Assembly (NCBI GenBank): GCA_965221775.1
Contig: CBDCSU010000004.1
Location: 192,001-256,000 of the forward strand
DNA length: 64,000 bases
From: Candidatus Latescibacterota bacterium
GTDB taxonomy: Bacteria; Latescibacterota; UBA2968; UBA8231
Direction: 5' to 3'
A program made the translations under genes and the position numbers. The notes beneath the pieces were generated by a model. That model did no database searches and was not told the DNA's origin. It worked only from the letters and a program-made list of their open reading frames with translations. Positions 39,958 to 53,704 of the stretch are shown piece after piece. Numbering within the stretch: position 1 is the stretch's first letter; every line of letters starts with the position of its first letter.

Positions 39958-41361
39958 ATGAGCGATAGCATGCAGAGCATCGAAGAAGCCGTCGCCGCCG
40001 AGATCGAGGCGCGCTCCGAGGCCTGGGAGAACCTGCTCGTCCTGGCCGACGACATCGGCGTGCGCGTCGCCGGCAGCGAGGGCGAGGTCAGGGCCCGCGA
40101 CTTCCTGCTGGAGACCCTGGAGGGGTACGGGCTCGACGATGTCCACCTGGAGCCCTTCGAGCACCGGGCCTGGCGGCCGGAGCGCGAGGAGCTGGCCGTC
40201 GTCGCACCGGAGGCAGGCCGCCCGATCCCGTGCCGGTGCGGGGGCCTCTCGCCGTCGACGCCGGAGGCCGGGGTGGAGGGGGAGGTCGTCTTCCTCGAGC
40301 GCTGCGACGCCGAGGAGCTGGAGCAGCGCGCTGGCGAGGTACGGGGGCGCATCGTCGTGGCCCCGTACTACCCCTTCGCCCGCCAGCTCAAGACCCCCCT
40401 GGCGGCGCGCTTCGGGGCCGCGGCCCTCCTGGAGCACCGCAACTACGCGGGCGCCCTGCAGCCGGCGCGCACCTGCTGCTTCCAGCGGGTCGGCGACCTG
40501 CCGGTCGCCTCCATCAGCCTCGAGGACGCGGAGTATCTCAAGCGGCTGCAGCAGCGCCGGGGGCCGGTGCGACTGCGCCTCACCCTGGACAGCCGCATCG
40601 AGACCCGGGAGTCGTGGAACGTCGTCGGCCAGCTCACGGGGACCGCCGACCCGCACCAGGTTCTGGTCGCCGGCGGCCACTACGACACCTGGCACGTCGG
40701 CCCCGGCGCCATCGACAACGCCGCGGGGGTGGTCGCCGTGGTCGAGGCGGCACGAGCCCTCGCCCGGCACCGGGAACACCTGCGGCGGACGGTCCGGTTC
40801 ATCGCCTTCGGCGTCGAGGAGTCGGGGCTGGTCGGAGCCTGGGCCTACACGCGCCGACACGCCGCCGAGTTGGACGACACCTGGCTGATGGTCAACAACG
40901 ACGTCGGCGGCCGGCCCTCGGGCCTGGGCATCTCGGGCGCCGAGGAGCTGGTGCCGGTCCTGGAGGAGGTGGCCTCCCGCGTTCGCGTGGAAGGGCTGGA
41001 GCGACCCTTCGGCGTCTCCTGCGGCGTCCCGAGCTGGGGCTCCGACCACTTCCCCTTCTTCGCCCACGGCGTCCCCACCGTCGGCTTGGGGACCGAGTCG
41101 GTCACCCCCGAGGACCGCTTCTACGGCCACAGCCGGGCGGACACGCCGGACAAGGTCTACCCCCGGGGGCTGAGCGAGAGCGCCGCCGTCAACGCGCGCG
41201 TCCTCCTCCACGTGGCCAACCTGGACCGGCGCCCGGCGCGGCGGCGCACGCGCGAGGAGCTGGAAGCCTCCTTCGCCGGCCACGCCCTGGAGGAGGCGAT
41301 GGCGCTCCTCGACGTGTGGCCGCCGGAGCGCGCCCTCGAGAGGTACTTCGACCAGCCATGA
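39958..41361 (+). CDS. M28 family metallopeptidase with PA domain
   Basis: RVAGSEGE, GGHYDTW, GAIDNAAG, GVEESGL, SDH, HSRADT. Confidence 0.9.
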   Translation: MSDSMQSIEEAVAAEIEARSEAWENLLVLADDIGVRVAGSEGEVRARDFLLETLEGYGLDDVHLEPFEHRAWRPEREELAVVAPEAGRPIPCRCGGLSPSTPEAGVEGEVVFLERCDAEELEQRAGEVRGRIVVAPYYPFARQLKTPLAARFGAAALLEHRNYAGALQPARTCCFQRVGDLPVASISLEDAEYLKRLQQRRGPVRLRLTLDSRIETRESWNVVGQLTGTADPHQVLVAGGHYDTWHVGPGAIDNAAGVVAVVEAARALARHREHLRRTVRFIAFGVEESGLVGAWAYTRRHAAELDDTWLMVNNDVGGRPSGLGISGAEELVPVLEEVASRVRVEGLERPFGVSCGVPSWGSDHFPFFAHGVPTVGLGTESVTPEDRFYGHSRADTPDKVYPRGLSESAAVNARVLLHVANLDRRPARRRTREELEASFAGHALEEAMALLDVWPPERALERYFDQP

Positions 41362-43208
41362 AGCCGGCTCTCGACCGTCCAAGGGGGACCCGCTACGACC
41401 TGCAGGGCGCCGCCGGCCGCTACCTGCGGGCGGTCACCGATCAGTGGCTGCTGCCGGCGCCGGCGGCCAACCCCGCCATGCTAGAGATCTTCCGCGACCG
41501 GGACCGCACGCCGTTGCGGGACCTCGTGCCCTGGGCCGGGGAGTTCGCCGGCAAGTACCTGACCCACGCGGTGCAGATCCTGCGCCTCACCGGCGACCGG
41601 GGGCTGCGCCGCCACCTGCGCTCCTTCGTCTCCGAGCTGGTGGCCCTGCAGGCGGAGGACGGCTACCTGGGCCCCTGGCCCCGGGACCACCGGCTCACGG
41701 GCACGGCGCCCAACGCCATGGGCGGGCGCGGGACCTGGGACGCCTGGGGCCACTACCACGTGATGCTCGGCCTGCTGCTGTGGCACGAGGAGACGGGGGA
41801 CCGGGCGGCCCTGGGCTGCGCCGCGCGCATGGGGGACCTGCTGTGCGAGCGCTTCCTCGGGGTGAAGAGGCGGGGCCGCCGTCTCGTCGACACGGGCAGC
41901 ACCGAGATGAACCTGGCGCCAGTGCACTCCCTGGCCCTGCTCCACCGGCGCACCCGCGAGCCCCGCTACCTCGACCTGGCGCGGCAGATCGTCGCCGAGT
42001 TCGCCGCCGCCGGCCGCGGCGGCGCCCCCCTGGCCGGGGACTACGTCAACACCGCCCTGGCGGGCCAGCCCTTTTTCGAGACCCCCAAGCCTCGCTGGGA
42101 GTCCCTGCACCCGGTCATGGGCATGCTCGAGGTCGGCCTCCTCACCGGCGACGAGGATCTGCGCCGGGCCTTCGAGCACATCTGGTGGAGCATCGCCGAG
42201 CTCGACCGCCACAACAACGGCGGCTTCAGCTCCGGCGAGAAGGCCCAAGGCAACCCCTACCACCCGGGGGCGATCGAGACCTGCTGCACCATCGCCTGGA
42301 TGGCTGCCAGCGTCGAGATGCTGCGGCTCACGGGAGACCCGCTGGCGGCCGACGAGCTGGAGCTGTCCACCCTCAACTCCGGCCTCGGCCTGCACTCCCA
42401 CTCCGGCCGCTGGGTGACCTACGACACCCCCATGGACGGCGTCCGCAAGGCGAGCGCCCACGACATCGTCTTCCAGGCGCGCGAGGGCAGCCCCGAGCTC
42501 AACTGCTGCTCGGTGAACGGCCCCCGGGCCCTGGGCATGATCTCCGACTGGGCGGTCATGACGGACGGGGACGAGGCCCTCACCCTCAACTGGTACGGCC
42601 CGGGGCGGATCCAGGCCGAGGCCGCCGGCACTCCGGTGACTCTGACGAGCGCCACCGACTACCCTGTGGAGCCTGCCGTCCAGCTGTCGGTCACGCCCCG
42701 GCGGGCCTCCGAGTTCACCCTGCGCCTGCGCATCCCGCGCTGGTCGGAGCGCACCCGGGTCCGCGTCAACGGCGAGACCGTGAGGGGGGTGCGCGCCGGG
42801 AGCTGGCTGGATCTGCACCGCCGGTGGAAGCGCGGGGACCGCGTCGACCTGCGTTTCGACTTCCGGCCCCACCGCTGGGTGGGCGAGAGGGAGTGCGGCG
42901 GCCTGACGTCCCTCTACCGAGGCCCCCTGCTGCTGACTTGGGACCGCCGCTTCAACGACGGCGATCCGGGAGAGCTGCCGGCCCTCGACGCCGGGGAGCT
43001 GCGCCTGCACCGGGTGGAATGGACAGGACCCGCTCCCGCTCCGGAGTTGCTGGTGCGCGCTCGCGGCACCGGAGGGCGCGAGCTGAACCTGTGCGACTTC
43101 GCCAGCGCCGGGGAGGGCGGATCGCCGTACCGCAGCTGGCTCGATGTGCGCAACGCCGGCCGGCCCCGGAAGTTCACCCGCCACAACCCGTTGCGCTCCT
43201 GCCGCTGA
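41358..43208 (+). CDS. Beta-L-arabinofuranosidase-like glycoside hydrolase (GH127/GH146)
   Basis: WAGEFAGKY, QAEDGYLG, ETCCTIAW, NCCSVNG, TDYP, LRLRIPRW, RGPLLL. ATGA overlap with the M28 gene. Confidence 0.85.
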   Translation: MKPALDRPRGTRYDLQGAAGRYLRAVTDQWLLPAPAANPAMLEIFRDRDRTPLRDLVPWAGEFAGKYLTHAVQILRLTGDRGLRRHLRSFVSELVALQAEDGYLGPWPRDHRLTGTAPNAMGGRGTWDAWGHYHVMLGLLLWHEETGDRAALGCAARMGDLLCERFLGVKRRGRRLVDTGSTEMNLAPVHSLALLHRRTREPRYLDLARQIVAEFAAAGRGGAPLAGDYVNTALAGQPFFETPKPRWESLHPVMGMLEVGLLTGDEDLRRAFEHIWWSIAELDRHNNGGFSSGEKAQGNPYHPGAIETCCTIAWMAASVEMLRLTGDPLAADELELSTLNSGLGLHSHSGRWVTYDTPMDGVRKASAHDIVFQAREGSPELNCCSVNGPRALGMISDWAVMTDGDEALTLNWYGPGRIQAEAAGTPVTLTSATDYPVEPAVQLSVTPRRASEFTLRLRIPRWSERTRVRVNGETVRGVRAGSWLDLHRRWKRGDRVDLRFDFRPHRWVGERECGGLTSLYRGPLLLTWDRRFNDGDPGELPALDAGELRLHRVEWTGPAPAPELLVRARGTGGRELNLCDFASAGEGGSPYRSWLDVRNAGRPRKFTRHNPLRSCR

Positions 43209-43365
43209 AGGCCGGCCGCTTCCGGCCGCCGGCGCCGCGCCGATAGGGGCTCTCGCTTCGCCGAACTGGCCGCGACCGGCACGGCCGCCTTCCGGCGGCT
43301 GAGCCGGCGGGGCTGCGGCATCGAGTGGTCCGAGCCGAGGGGCGAATCCCCGGTGCCCGGCAGGC

Positions 43366-43797
43366 TCAGGTGGCGCGGGCCCCGGCGAGGTGGTAGAGCA
43401 TCCAGTAGATGGCGACGCCCGAGAGACCGACGAACATCCAGATCGGCCACAGCCACCGGGTGACGCGGCGGTGACGGCGGAAGCGGCCCCGCCAGGCGTG
43501 GTACAGGGCGGCGAAGACGAGGGGAACCATGCCCGCGGCGAGGATGACGTGAGGGACGAGGATGGCGAAGTAGAGGGGCCGCGTCCAGTCGTGGAGGGGG
43601 TAGGGGACGGAGCCGACGCGGATGTGGTAGAGGCAGTAGGAGGCCAGGAAGAGGGCCGACGCGGCCACGGCGCCGAGCATGCAGAGACGGTGCGCATCCC
43701 GGCGGCCGGCGCGGATGAAGATCCAGCCCACCGCCAGCAGGAGGGTGGCGGCTCCGTTCAGGGCGGCGTTGATCGGAGGTAGATCGACGTAGGACAC
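43366..43797 (-). CDS. DUF420 (YozB-like) membrane protein
   Basis: LPPINAALNG, AHRLCM, SALFLASY, ILVPHVILAA, WPIWMFVGLSGV. Confidence 0.88.
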   Translation of the reverse strand: MSYVDLPPINAALNGAATLLLAVGWIFIRAGRRDAHRLCMLGAVAASALFLASYCLYHIRVGSVPYPLHDWTRPLYFAILVPHVILAAGMVPLVFAALYHAWRGRFRRHRRVTRWLWPIWMFVGLSGVAIYWMLYHLAGARAT

Positions 43798-43832
43798 TGT
43801 CTACCGCGGAGGATTGCGGCGGCACCGCAGCT

Positions 43833-43863
43833 TCCCCCCGGGGTCCGGTCCGGCCCCGGGGGA
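43833..43863 (-). terminator. GC-rich hairpin downstream of tRNA-Thr, possible terminator
   Basis: CCCCCGGGG...CCCCGGGGG inverted repeat 3' of the tRNA; no clear U-tract. Confidence 0.35.
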
Positions 43864-43878
43864 GAGGCATCCTGGTTC

Positions 43879-43954
43879 TGGAGCCACCCGCCGGAGTCGA
43901 ACCGGCGACCTACTCATTACGAGTGAGTTGCTCTACCAACTGAGCTAGGGTGGC
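43879..43954 (-). tRNA. tRNA-Thr (anticodon CGT)
   Basis: Reverse complement GCCACCCTAGCTCAGTTGGTAGAGCAACTCACTCGTAATGAGTAGGTCGCCGGTTCGACTCCGGCGGGTGGCTCCA: 76-nt cloverleaf with TTCGA T-loop and encoded CCA. Confidence 0.97.
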
Positions 43955-44025
43955 GAAGCTGTTGCGGCGCAATGGGATAGAGAATTCCCGAGAACTCTCT
44001 GCCATGAGCTCTCCGGGACAGGTGA

Positions 44026-44055
44026 AATCTACGGGCCGAAGCGGAATCCGGTCAA
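44026..44055 (-). promoter_or_regulatory. Probable promoter for tRNA-Thr
   Basis: Minus-strand TTGACC-N18-TAGATT between the ftsA stop and the tRNA. Confidence 0.45.
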
Positions 44056-44066
44056 CGGCCCCTCGC

Positions 44067-45278
44067 TCAGAGGAAGCTGAACAGGCGCGCCACCCGGTCG
44101 ACGATCCGTGAGCGGCTGCGGCCTCCGCCCGACGATCGCAGGTCGACGCCGGTATCGCAGGCGAAGCGGAGCAGACCGATGCTGGTGGCGTACTCGGGGG
44201 TCTGCACCGACTCTGGCGCGATGATCTCGGTGGGGACGCCGATGCGCACCGGCATGCCCAAGGCTTCCTCGCCGAACCGGTCGATGTTCCGCAGCAGGGC
44301 GCCGCCGCCTGTGAAGACCATACCGGTGGTCAGCAGGTGACCGCAGCCGCTGCTCTCGATCTCCTGGGCGACGAACTCCATCATCTCCTGCTGTCGCGCC
44401 TCGATGATGCCGTCGAGATCCTCCCGCTTGATCGTGTGCGAGCGCCCCGCCGTGGTCTGGAAGGTGAGGGGCTCGCCCGCCTCCTCGGCATCGGTGCGCA
44501 CGCCGCCGAAGTTGCACTTCAACTCTTCGGCCTCCCGTGGAGAGGTGTTGAGCACCATCGACAGATCCCGGGTGATGTCCTGGCCGCCCAGGGGCACCTC
44601 GGTGAGGTGCCGCAGGGAGCCGCCGGCGTACAGGGCCATGTCACAGGTGCCGGCGCCGAGGTCCAGGAGGCCGACCCCCATGTCGCGCTCGTCCGTGCTC
44701 AACAGGGAGGCGGCGGTGGCCACCGACTCCACCAGGAAACCGGCGATGGCCACGCCCGCTTCCTCCGCGGCGCGCTGCAGGGTGGTGCAGGCGTGGTCGG
44801 AGGCGGTTGCGCTCAGCGTCTCGACCTCGAGCTTGTGTCCGTGGAGCCAGAGGGGGTTCTGCACCGGCTCGCCATCGACGGCATAGCTCTGCACGAAGCG
44901 GTGCAGGATCGCCGCCTCTGCCGGCGGCGCCGTGGCTTCGGCGGCGGCCAGGGCGCGCTCCACGTCCTCGTCGTCGATCGGGTCGGAGGGGCCGGAGATC
45001 GCAACGGCGCTGCGGCTCGCCTGGGCCTGCACGTCGCGGCCGGCGATTCCAGCGTAGGCTCCCGTGATGCGCAGTCCGGCGGCGCGCTCTGCTTCGGCTA
45101 CGGCCGTCCGCATGGACTCGACCACGAGAGGCATGTCGATAACGGCACTGCGGCGGATGCCGCGGCAGGGGCTGGTGCCGATCCCCAGAATCTTGCAGTC
45201 CCCGCTGGACTCGGTCTGGCCCACGAGGCAGCGGACGCGGGAAGCTCCGATATCGAGTACGACGACGGGTGATGACAT
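44067..45278 (-). CDS. ftsA: Cell division protein FtsA
   Basis: VLDIGAS, LLDLGAGT, VPLGGQDITRDL, AEELK, VFTGGGA, PEYATSIGL, and C-terminal amphipathic helix RIVDRVARLFSFL. Confidence 0.92.
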   Translation of the reverse strand: MSSPVVVLDIGASRVRCLVGQTESSGDCKILGIGTSPCRGIRRSAVIDMPLVVESMRTAVAEAERAAGLRITGAYAGIAGRDVQAQASRSAVAISGPSDPIDDEDVERALAAAEATAPPAEAAILHRFVQSYAVDGEPVQNPLWLHGHKLEVETLSATASDHACTTLQRAAEEAGVAIAGFLVESVATAASLLSTDERDMGVGLLDLGAGTCDMALYAGGSLRHLTEVPLGGQDITRDLSMVLNTSPREAEELKCNFGGVRTDAEEAGEPLTFQTTAGRSHTIKREDLDGIIEARQQEMMEFVAQEIESSGCGHLLTTGMVFTGGGALLRNIDRFGEEALGMPVRIGVPTEIIAPESVQTPEYATSIGLLRFACDTGVDLRSSGGGRSRSRIVDRVARLFSFL

Positions 45279-45500
45279 GGATCGTATGCCCTGTCCCCTT
45301 GATGGTTGGCTGGTTCTGCCGCCATCGCAGCAAGGATGGGCGAGGGCCCGCCCTTGGACGGCAGGATGGAGATCGAGGACGGGCCCGGAGGCCGGAGAGT
45401 GCAGGGAGGAGGACTTCTGATGCTGCTGGAGAGCCCCGGGGGAGGGGGTCTCCGGAACCGTTCCGGGACGTTTCGAGATGGAACGGCAAGAGTATCGATC

Positions 45501-45568
45501 AAGGTAGCTTGGGAGCACCCGGCAGTCAAGCGAATTCGCTTGACCGGGTTTTGGGGCAGGCGTAAGAT
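45501..45568. promoter_or_regulatory. Back-to-back divergent sigma70 promoters (ftsA / ssb) centred on a 20-bp perfect palindrome
   Basis: Palindrome GTCAAGCGAATTCGCTTGAC at 45525-45544. Plus strand TTGACC-N17-TAAGAT; minus strand TTGACT-N17-TACCTT. Confidence 0.65.
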
Positions 45569-45625
45569 AGTTCGCCCGCATGGCGGGGTCCCGCGGCCTG
45601 CCCCAAATCTACAGAGGAGAACTCC

Positions 45626-46117
45626 ATGGCACGGGGGGTCAACAAGGTCATCCTGATCGGCAACCTCGGGGGCGATCCCGAGGTCCGTTACACGCCGAAC
45701 GGCGCAGCCGTCGCCAACGTCAGTCTGGCCACCAACGAAAGCTGGACCGACCGCAGCGGCGAGCGCCAGGAGCGCACCGAGTGGCACCGTCTCGTTCTCT
45801 GGAGCAAGCTGGCCGAGATCGCCGGCCAGTATCTGCGCAAGGGCAGCAAGGTCTTCATCGAGGGGCGGCTGCAGACCCGTTCCTGGGACGACCAGAGCGG
45901 CCAGAAGCGCTACACCACCGAGGTGGTGGTCAACGACATGCAGATGCTGGACGGCCGCGGCGAGGGCGGCGGCCCCGGAGGGCCTCCTCCTCCGGGGGGC
46001 CCGACCGACGGCGGCGCGCCCGGCGGCAACCTCCCGCCTACGGGTGAGGCCGGTGGCCCCCAGGGCGGGGCCGGGGGACCGCAGAGTCCGGCCGAAGACG
46101 ACGACCTGCCCTTCTGA
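45626..46117 (+). CDS. ssb: Single-stranded DNA-binding protein
   Basis: [36 protein letters not shown]-rich linker, DDDLPF tail. Confidence 0.97.
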   Translation: MARGVNKVILIGNLGGDPEVRYTPNGAAVANVSLATNESWTDRSGERQERTEWHRLVLWSKLAEIAGQYLRKGSKVFIEGRLQTRSWDDQSGQKRYTTEVVVNDMQMLDGRGEGGGPGGPPPPGGPTDGGAPGGNLPPTGEAGGPQGGAGGPQSPAEDDDLPF

Positions 46118-46143
46118 AATCGCGGGCGGACGGCGGCCCCGCC

Positions 46144-47012
46144 GTGGCGGGCAGTTACCTTCACCTGCACCTTGCGACCGGCGCTTTTCGTTCCGCTTTC
46201 GGGGACGATCCTCCCCGCCGTCCGGTACAGCACGCCGCCTTTCTCGCCGGCTCTGTCGCCCCCGACCTTGGCTTCTTTCCGGGAGGGCCGTCGGCCTTTT
46301 CTCATCGCGTCCACCACCAGCACACGGCCGATCTCGTCCGTTCACTGCTGGCCGCCGCCGAAGATGAGATCGAGGCCGCCTTTGCCGCCGGATGGGCGTT
46401 GCATGTGTGCACCGACGTGACCACCCATCCCGTCGTCAATCGCCGCGCCGACGACCTGCGCCAGGAACGGAGCCGGCAGCCCGCGAGCCGTCTGGACCTC
46501 TGGCACAAGCGCGTCGAATGGGGAATGGACTGTCACCTCCTGAGCGTCCTGGAGCCCCGACCCCTGTGGCGCACGGACTTGCACTTTCCGGCCTCGGCCG
46601 AAGGCCCGAGCCTGCTGGCGATGGCCGCAACCCAGGTCTTCAAAGAGGGGGTCGACGACGGCTCCCTTCGCGCGGGCTGGTCCTCCACACTTCGCTGGGT
46701 GCGCCGCTTGGCGCCGATCTTCGCCTGGACGGGGGCCTGCCGATCTCCCGGCCGCGGCTGGACCGCGGCCGCTGTCGGCCCGGTGCTGCAACCGCTGGCC
46801 AGGAGCCTGGGCCGCCTGCTCCAGGATCACGAAACGCGGGAGGACGAGGCCGCCGTGTTGTCGCCGGAACCGCCGCCGCCGGCATTCGTCGACTCCATGA
46901 TGGAGGCCGCGCAAGCGGCCGTGGCCACCTTCCTGTTCCACTGGCGTGACCGGTTCGAGAATCTGCCCAATCTCGATCTGGACACCGGTGAGCCGGTTGC
47001 AGGGGGACCGGG

Positions 47013-47016
<4 letters not shown>
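46144..47016 (+). CDS. Zinc-dependent phospholipase C family protein
   Basis: N-terminal His, FLAGSVAPD, GWALHVCTD...HPVVN, HKRVE...D metal ligands. Confidence 0.8.
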
Positions 47017-51397
<4,381 letters not shown>

Positions 51398-51403
51398 CGG
51401 ACG

Positions 51404-52582
51404 ATGGCCGACGGCCTTCCGGTGCAGCTGACCACCATGGTCCTGCTGTCCGGCACCGTTCTCTACCTCGGTATCGTGGTCTGGCTCCTGACCGGCATCG
51501 GCCGCAGCCGGCGCGCTCCCGGGACAACCCTCCCGCCGCCTCCCGTCTCGGTGGTCGTAGCCGCCCGCGACGAGGGCGACAGGATCGAGGCCTGTGTGCG
51601 CTCCCTGGCCGATCAGTCCTACGACGGGACCCTGCAGATCGTCGTCGTGGACGACCGTTCGGGGGACGATACGGGCCGGGTGCTGGCGGCGCTCCGCTCG
51701 GACTGGAAGGCGGCGGTCGACCTGGTCGTGGTGCGGGCGCCGGACCCGCCGCGGTTCGCGTGCCCGAAGAAGAGCGCTCTGGCCGCCGGGATCGACAGGG
51801 CCGGAGGGGAGATCCTGCTGTTCACGGACGCCGACTGCCAGCCGCCCCCGGACTGGGTGGAGGCAATGGTCTCGCGGTTCGACGGCGGCGTCGGTCTCGT
51901 GGCGGGCTATGCCTATCCCCATCCCCCCGGCGGCGTCCGGCAACGGGTGCTTGCACTCGACAACCTGGGGGTGGCCGCCCTGGCGGAGGGCAGCATCGGC
52001 ATGGAGGCTCCGCTGGCCTGCACGGGGCGGAGCCTGGCGTACCGCCGAGCGGTGTACGAGGAGGTCGGCGGATTCGACGCTATCGGCCACCTCGTCGGCG
52101 GCGATGACGTCTACTTCCTGCGCCTGGTGACAGCGCGGACCGGCTGGCATATCCGCTACTGCGCCGACGAGGCGGCGGCGGTGCCCTCCGCCCCGCCGCC
52201 GCCCGGCTGGCGTGCGTTGCTGGATCAGAAGGTGCGGCACGCCTCCAAGGCCTCCCGCTACGAGGGCGGCGCGCGATGGCTCGGGGTCGCCGTGTACCTC
52301 TACCACGCGGCCCTCCTCGCCGGCGGCCTGCTGGCCGCGGGAGGCATTCAGGCGGCCTTCTTTCTATGCTGCTGGTTGGCGCGGTGGCTGGCCGACTTGC
52401 TCCTCCTCGCCCGGTTTGCGCCGCGGGCCTCCGACCGATCCGGCCTCCTCCTCCTGCCGGTGGCGGAGATCCTCTATATTCCCTACGTGCTGCTGCTGGT
52501 GCCCCTGGGGCGTGCGGGATGGTTCCGGTGGAAGAGCGGCGCCGCCCTCCCTCCCGATCCTGAAAGCAAGTCACGGTCATGA
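51404..52582 (+). CDS. Membrane-bound GT2 family glycosyltransferase
   Basis: VSVVVAARDE, VDDRSGD, FTDADC, GDDVYFL, QKVRH; N- and C-terminal TM helices. Confidence 0.9.
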   Translation: MADGLPVQLTTMVLLSGTVLYLGIVVWLLTGIGRSRRAPGTTLPPPPVSVVVAARDEGDRIEACVRSLADQSYDGTLQIVVVDDRSGDDTGRVLAALRSDWKAAVDLVVVRAPDPPRFACPKKSALAAGIDRAGGEILLFTDADCQPPPDWVEAMVSRFDGGVGLVAGYAYPHPPGGVRQRVLALDNLGVAALAEGSIGMEAPLACTGRSLAYRRAVYEEVGGFDAIGHLVGGDDVYFLRLVTARTGWHIRYCADEAAAVPSAPPPPGWRALLDQKVRHASKASRYEGGARWLGVAVYLYHAALLAGGLLAAGGIQAAFFLCCWLARWLADLLLLARFAPRASDRSGLLLLPVAEILYIPYVLLLVPLGRAGWFRWKSGAALPPDPESKSRS

Positions 52583-53691
52583 CCCTGGTTTCTCCGAGAG
52601 CGGTTCCGCGCTACATCGAGCGCTACGGCTACGCCTTCTCCTGGAGACGGCTGTGGAACGCCGCCAAGGTCATCGCCTCCATGGGGCTGGCGTGGAGCCT
52701 CCGCCGCCCCATCGTGTGGGGGCGGCCCTTCATGTTGATGGTGGAGCCCACGAACCTGTGCAATCTCAAGTGTCCTCTGTGCCCTTCGGGCAACGGGGAG
52801 ATGTCCCGAGAGCGCGGCAACATGGATCTCGGGCACTACAAGAGGCTGATCGACGAGACCGGAGACGACCTGTTCCTCCTGCTCTTGTGGAACCAGGGAG
52901 AGCCGTTCATCAACAAGGGTCTGGCGGAGATGATCCGTTACGCGCACCAAAAGCGGATCCCCACGATCACGAGCACCAACGGCCACTTCGTGCGCACCCG
53001 CGAAGAGGCCCTCGAGCTGGTGGACAGCGGCCTCGACGAGATCATCATCTCTCTCGACGGGGTCGACCAGGAGACCTACGAGCGCTACCGCGTGGGGGGC
53101 AAGCTGGAGAGGGTTCTGGGGGCGGCGAGACTGCTGGCCGCCGCCAAGCGCGAGCGCAGCTCGAGCACGCCGCTGGTCAATCTCCAGTTCATCGTCTTCC
53201 GCCACAACGAGGAGGACCTGGCCGAGGCCGAGCGCCTGGCGCGGGAGCTCGAAGCCGACCAGTTCCTCGTCAAGACCGCCCAGGTCTACTCCCCGGAAGA
53301 GGCGGCCACATTCCTTCCGGAGCAGGACCTCTACCGGCGTTACGAGGGGACGGAAGCGAACGGCCGGCCCCCCGGCGCAGAGGGGAACGGGTTGCGCGTG
53401 AAGGGACAGCCGGCGCGTGGTTGCAAGGTCCTCTGGTACAGCTCCATGGTCAACTGGAACGGAGACGTGGCTCCCTGCTGCTTCGACAAGGATGTGGACT
53501 ACCGGCTGGGGAATGCGTTCTCAGCCGATGCCAACGGTCAGGAGGGCACCTTCGGGGAGGCCTGGCGAGGCCGCGCCTATGCGGACTTTCGCCGCACCGT
53601 GCACGCCGACCGCGGCGCCGTCGACATGTGCCGCAACTGCTCCGAGGGCTACCGCGGCATGTTCTCCCTGGTGAAGGAGCTGCGCGGCTGA
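52579..53691 (+). CDS. Radical SAM protein with SPASM/Twitch domain
   Basis: CNLKCPLC, NQGEPF, STNG, ISLDG, CKVLW...PCCFD...CRNC. Confidence 0.92.
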   Translation: MTLVSPRAVPRYIERYGYAFSWRRLWNAAKVIASMGLAWSLRRPIVWGRPFMLMVEPTNLCNLKCPLCPSGNGEMSRERGNMDLGHYKRLIDETGDDLFLLLLWNQGEPFINKGLAEMIRYAHQKRIPTITSTNGHFVRTREEALELVDSGLDEIIISLDGVDQETYERYRVGGKLERVLGAARLLAAAKRERSSSTPLVNLQFIVFRHNEEDLAEAERLARELEADQFLVKTAQVYSPEEAATFLPEQDLYRRYEGTEANGRPPGAEGNGLRVKGQPARGCKVLWYSSMVNWNGDVAPCCFDKDVDYRLGNAFSADANGQEGTFGEAWRGRAYADFRRTVHADRGAVDMCRNCSEGYRGMFSLVKELRG

Positions 53692-53704
53692 TCCCGCCGG
53701 CCCG

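Noticed and set aside
43879-43954. tRNA-Thr as an integration site
   Set aside because: I saw no duplicated tRNA 3' end and no integrase in the window.
45306-45656. Plus-strand ORF in the ftsA-ssb gap with an SD-like AGGAGG
   Set aside because: It runs across the predicted promoters, overlaps ssb out of frame and has no protein-like features.
45960-46095. Low-complexity G/P-rich stretch
   Set aside because: This is the normal disordered SSB linker.
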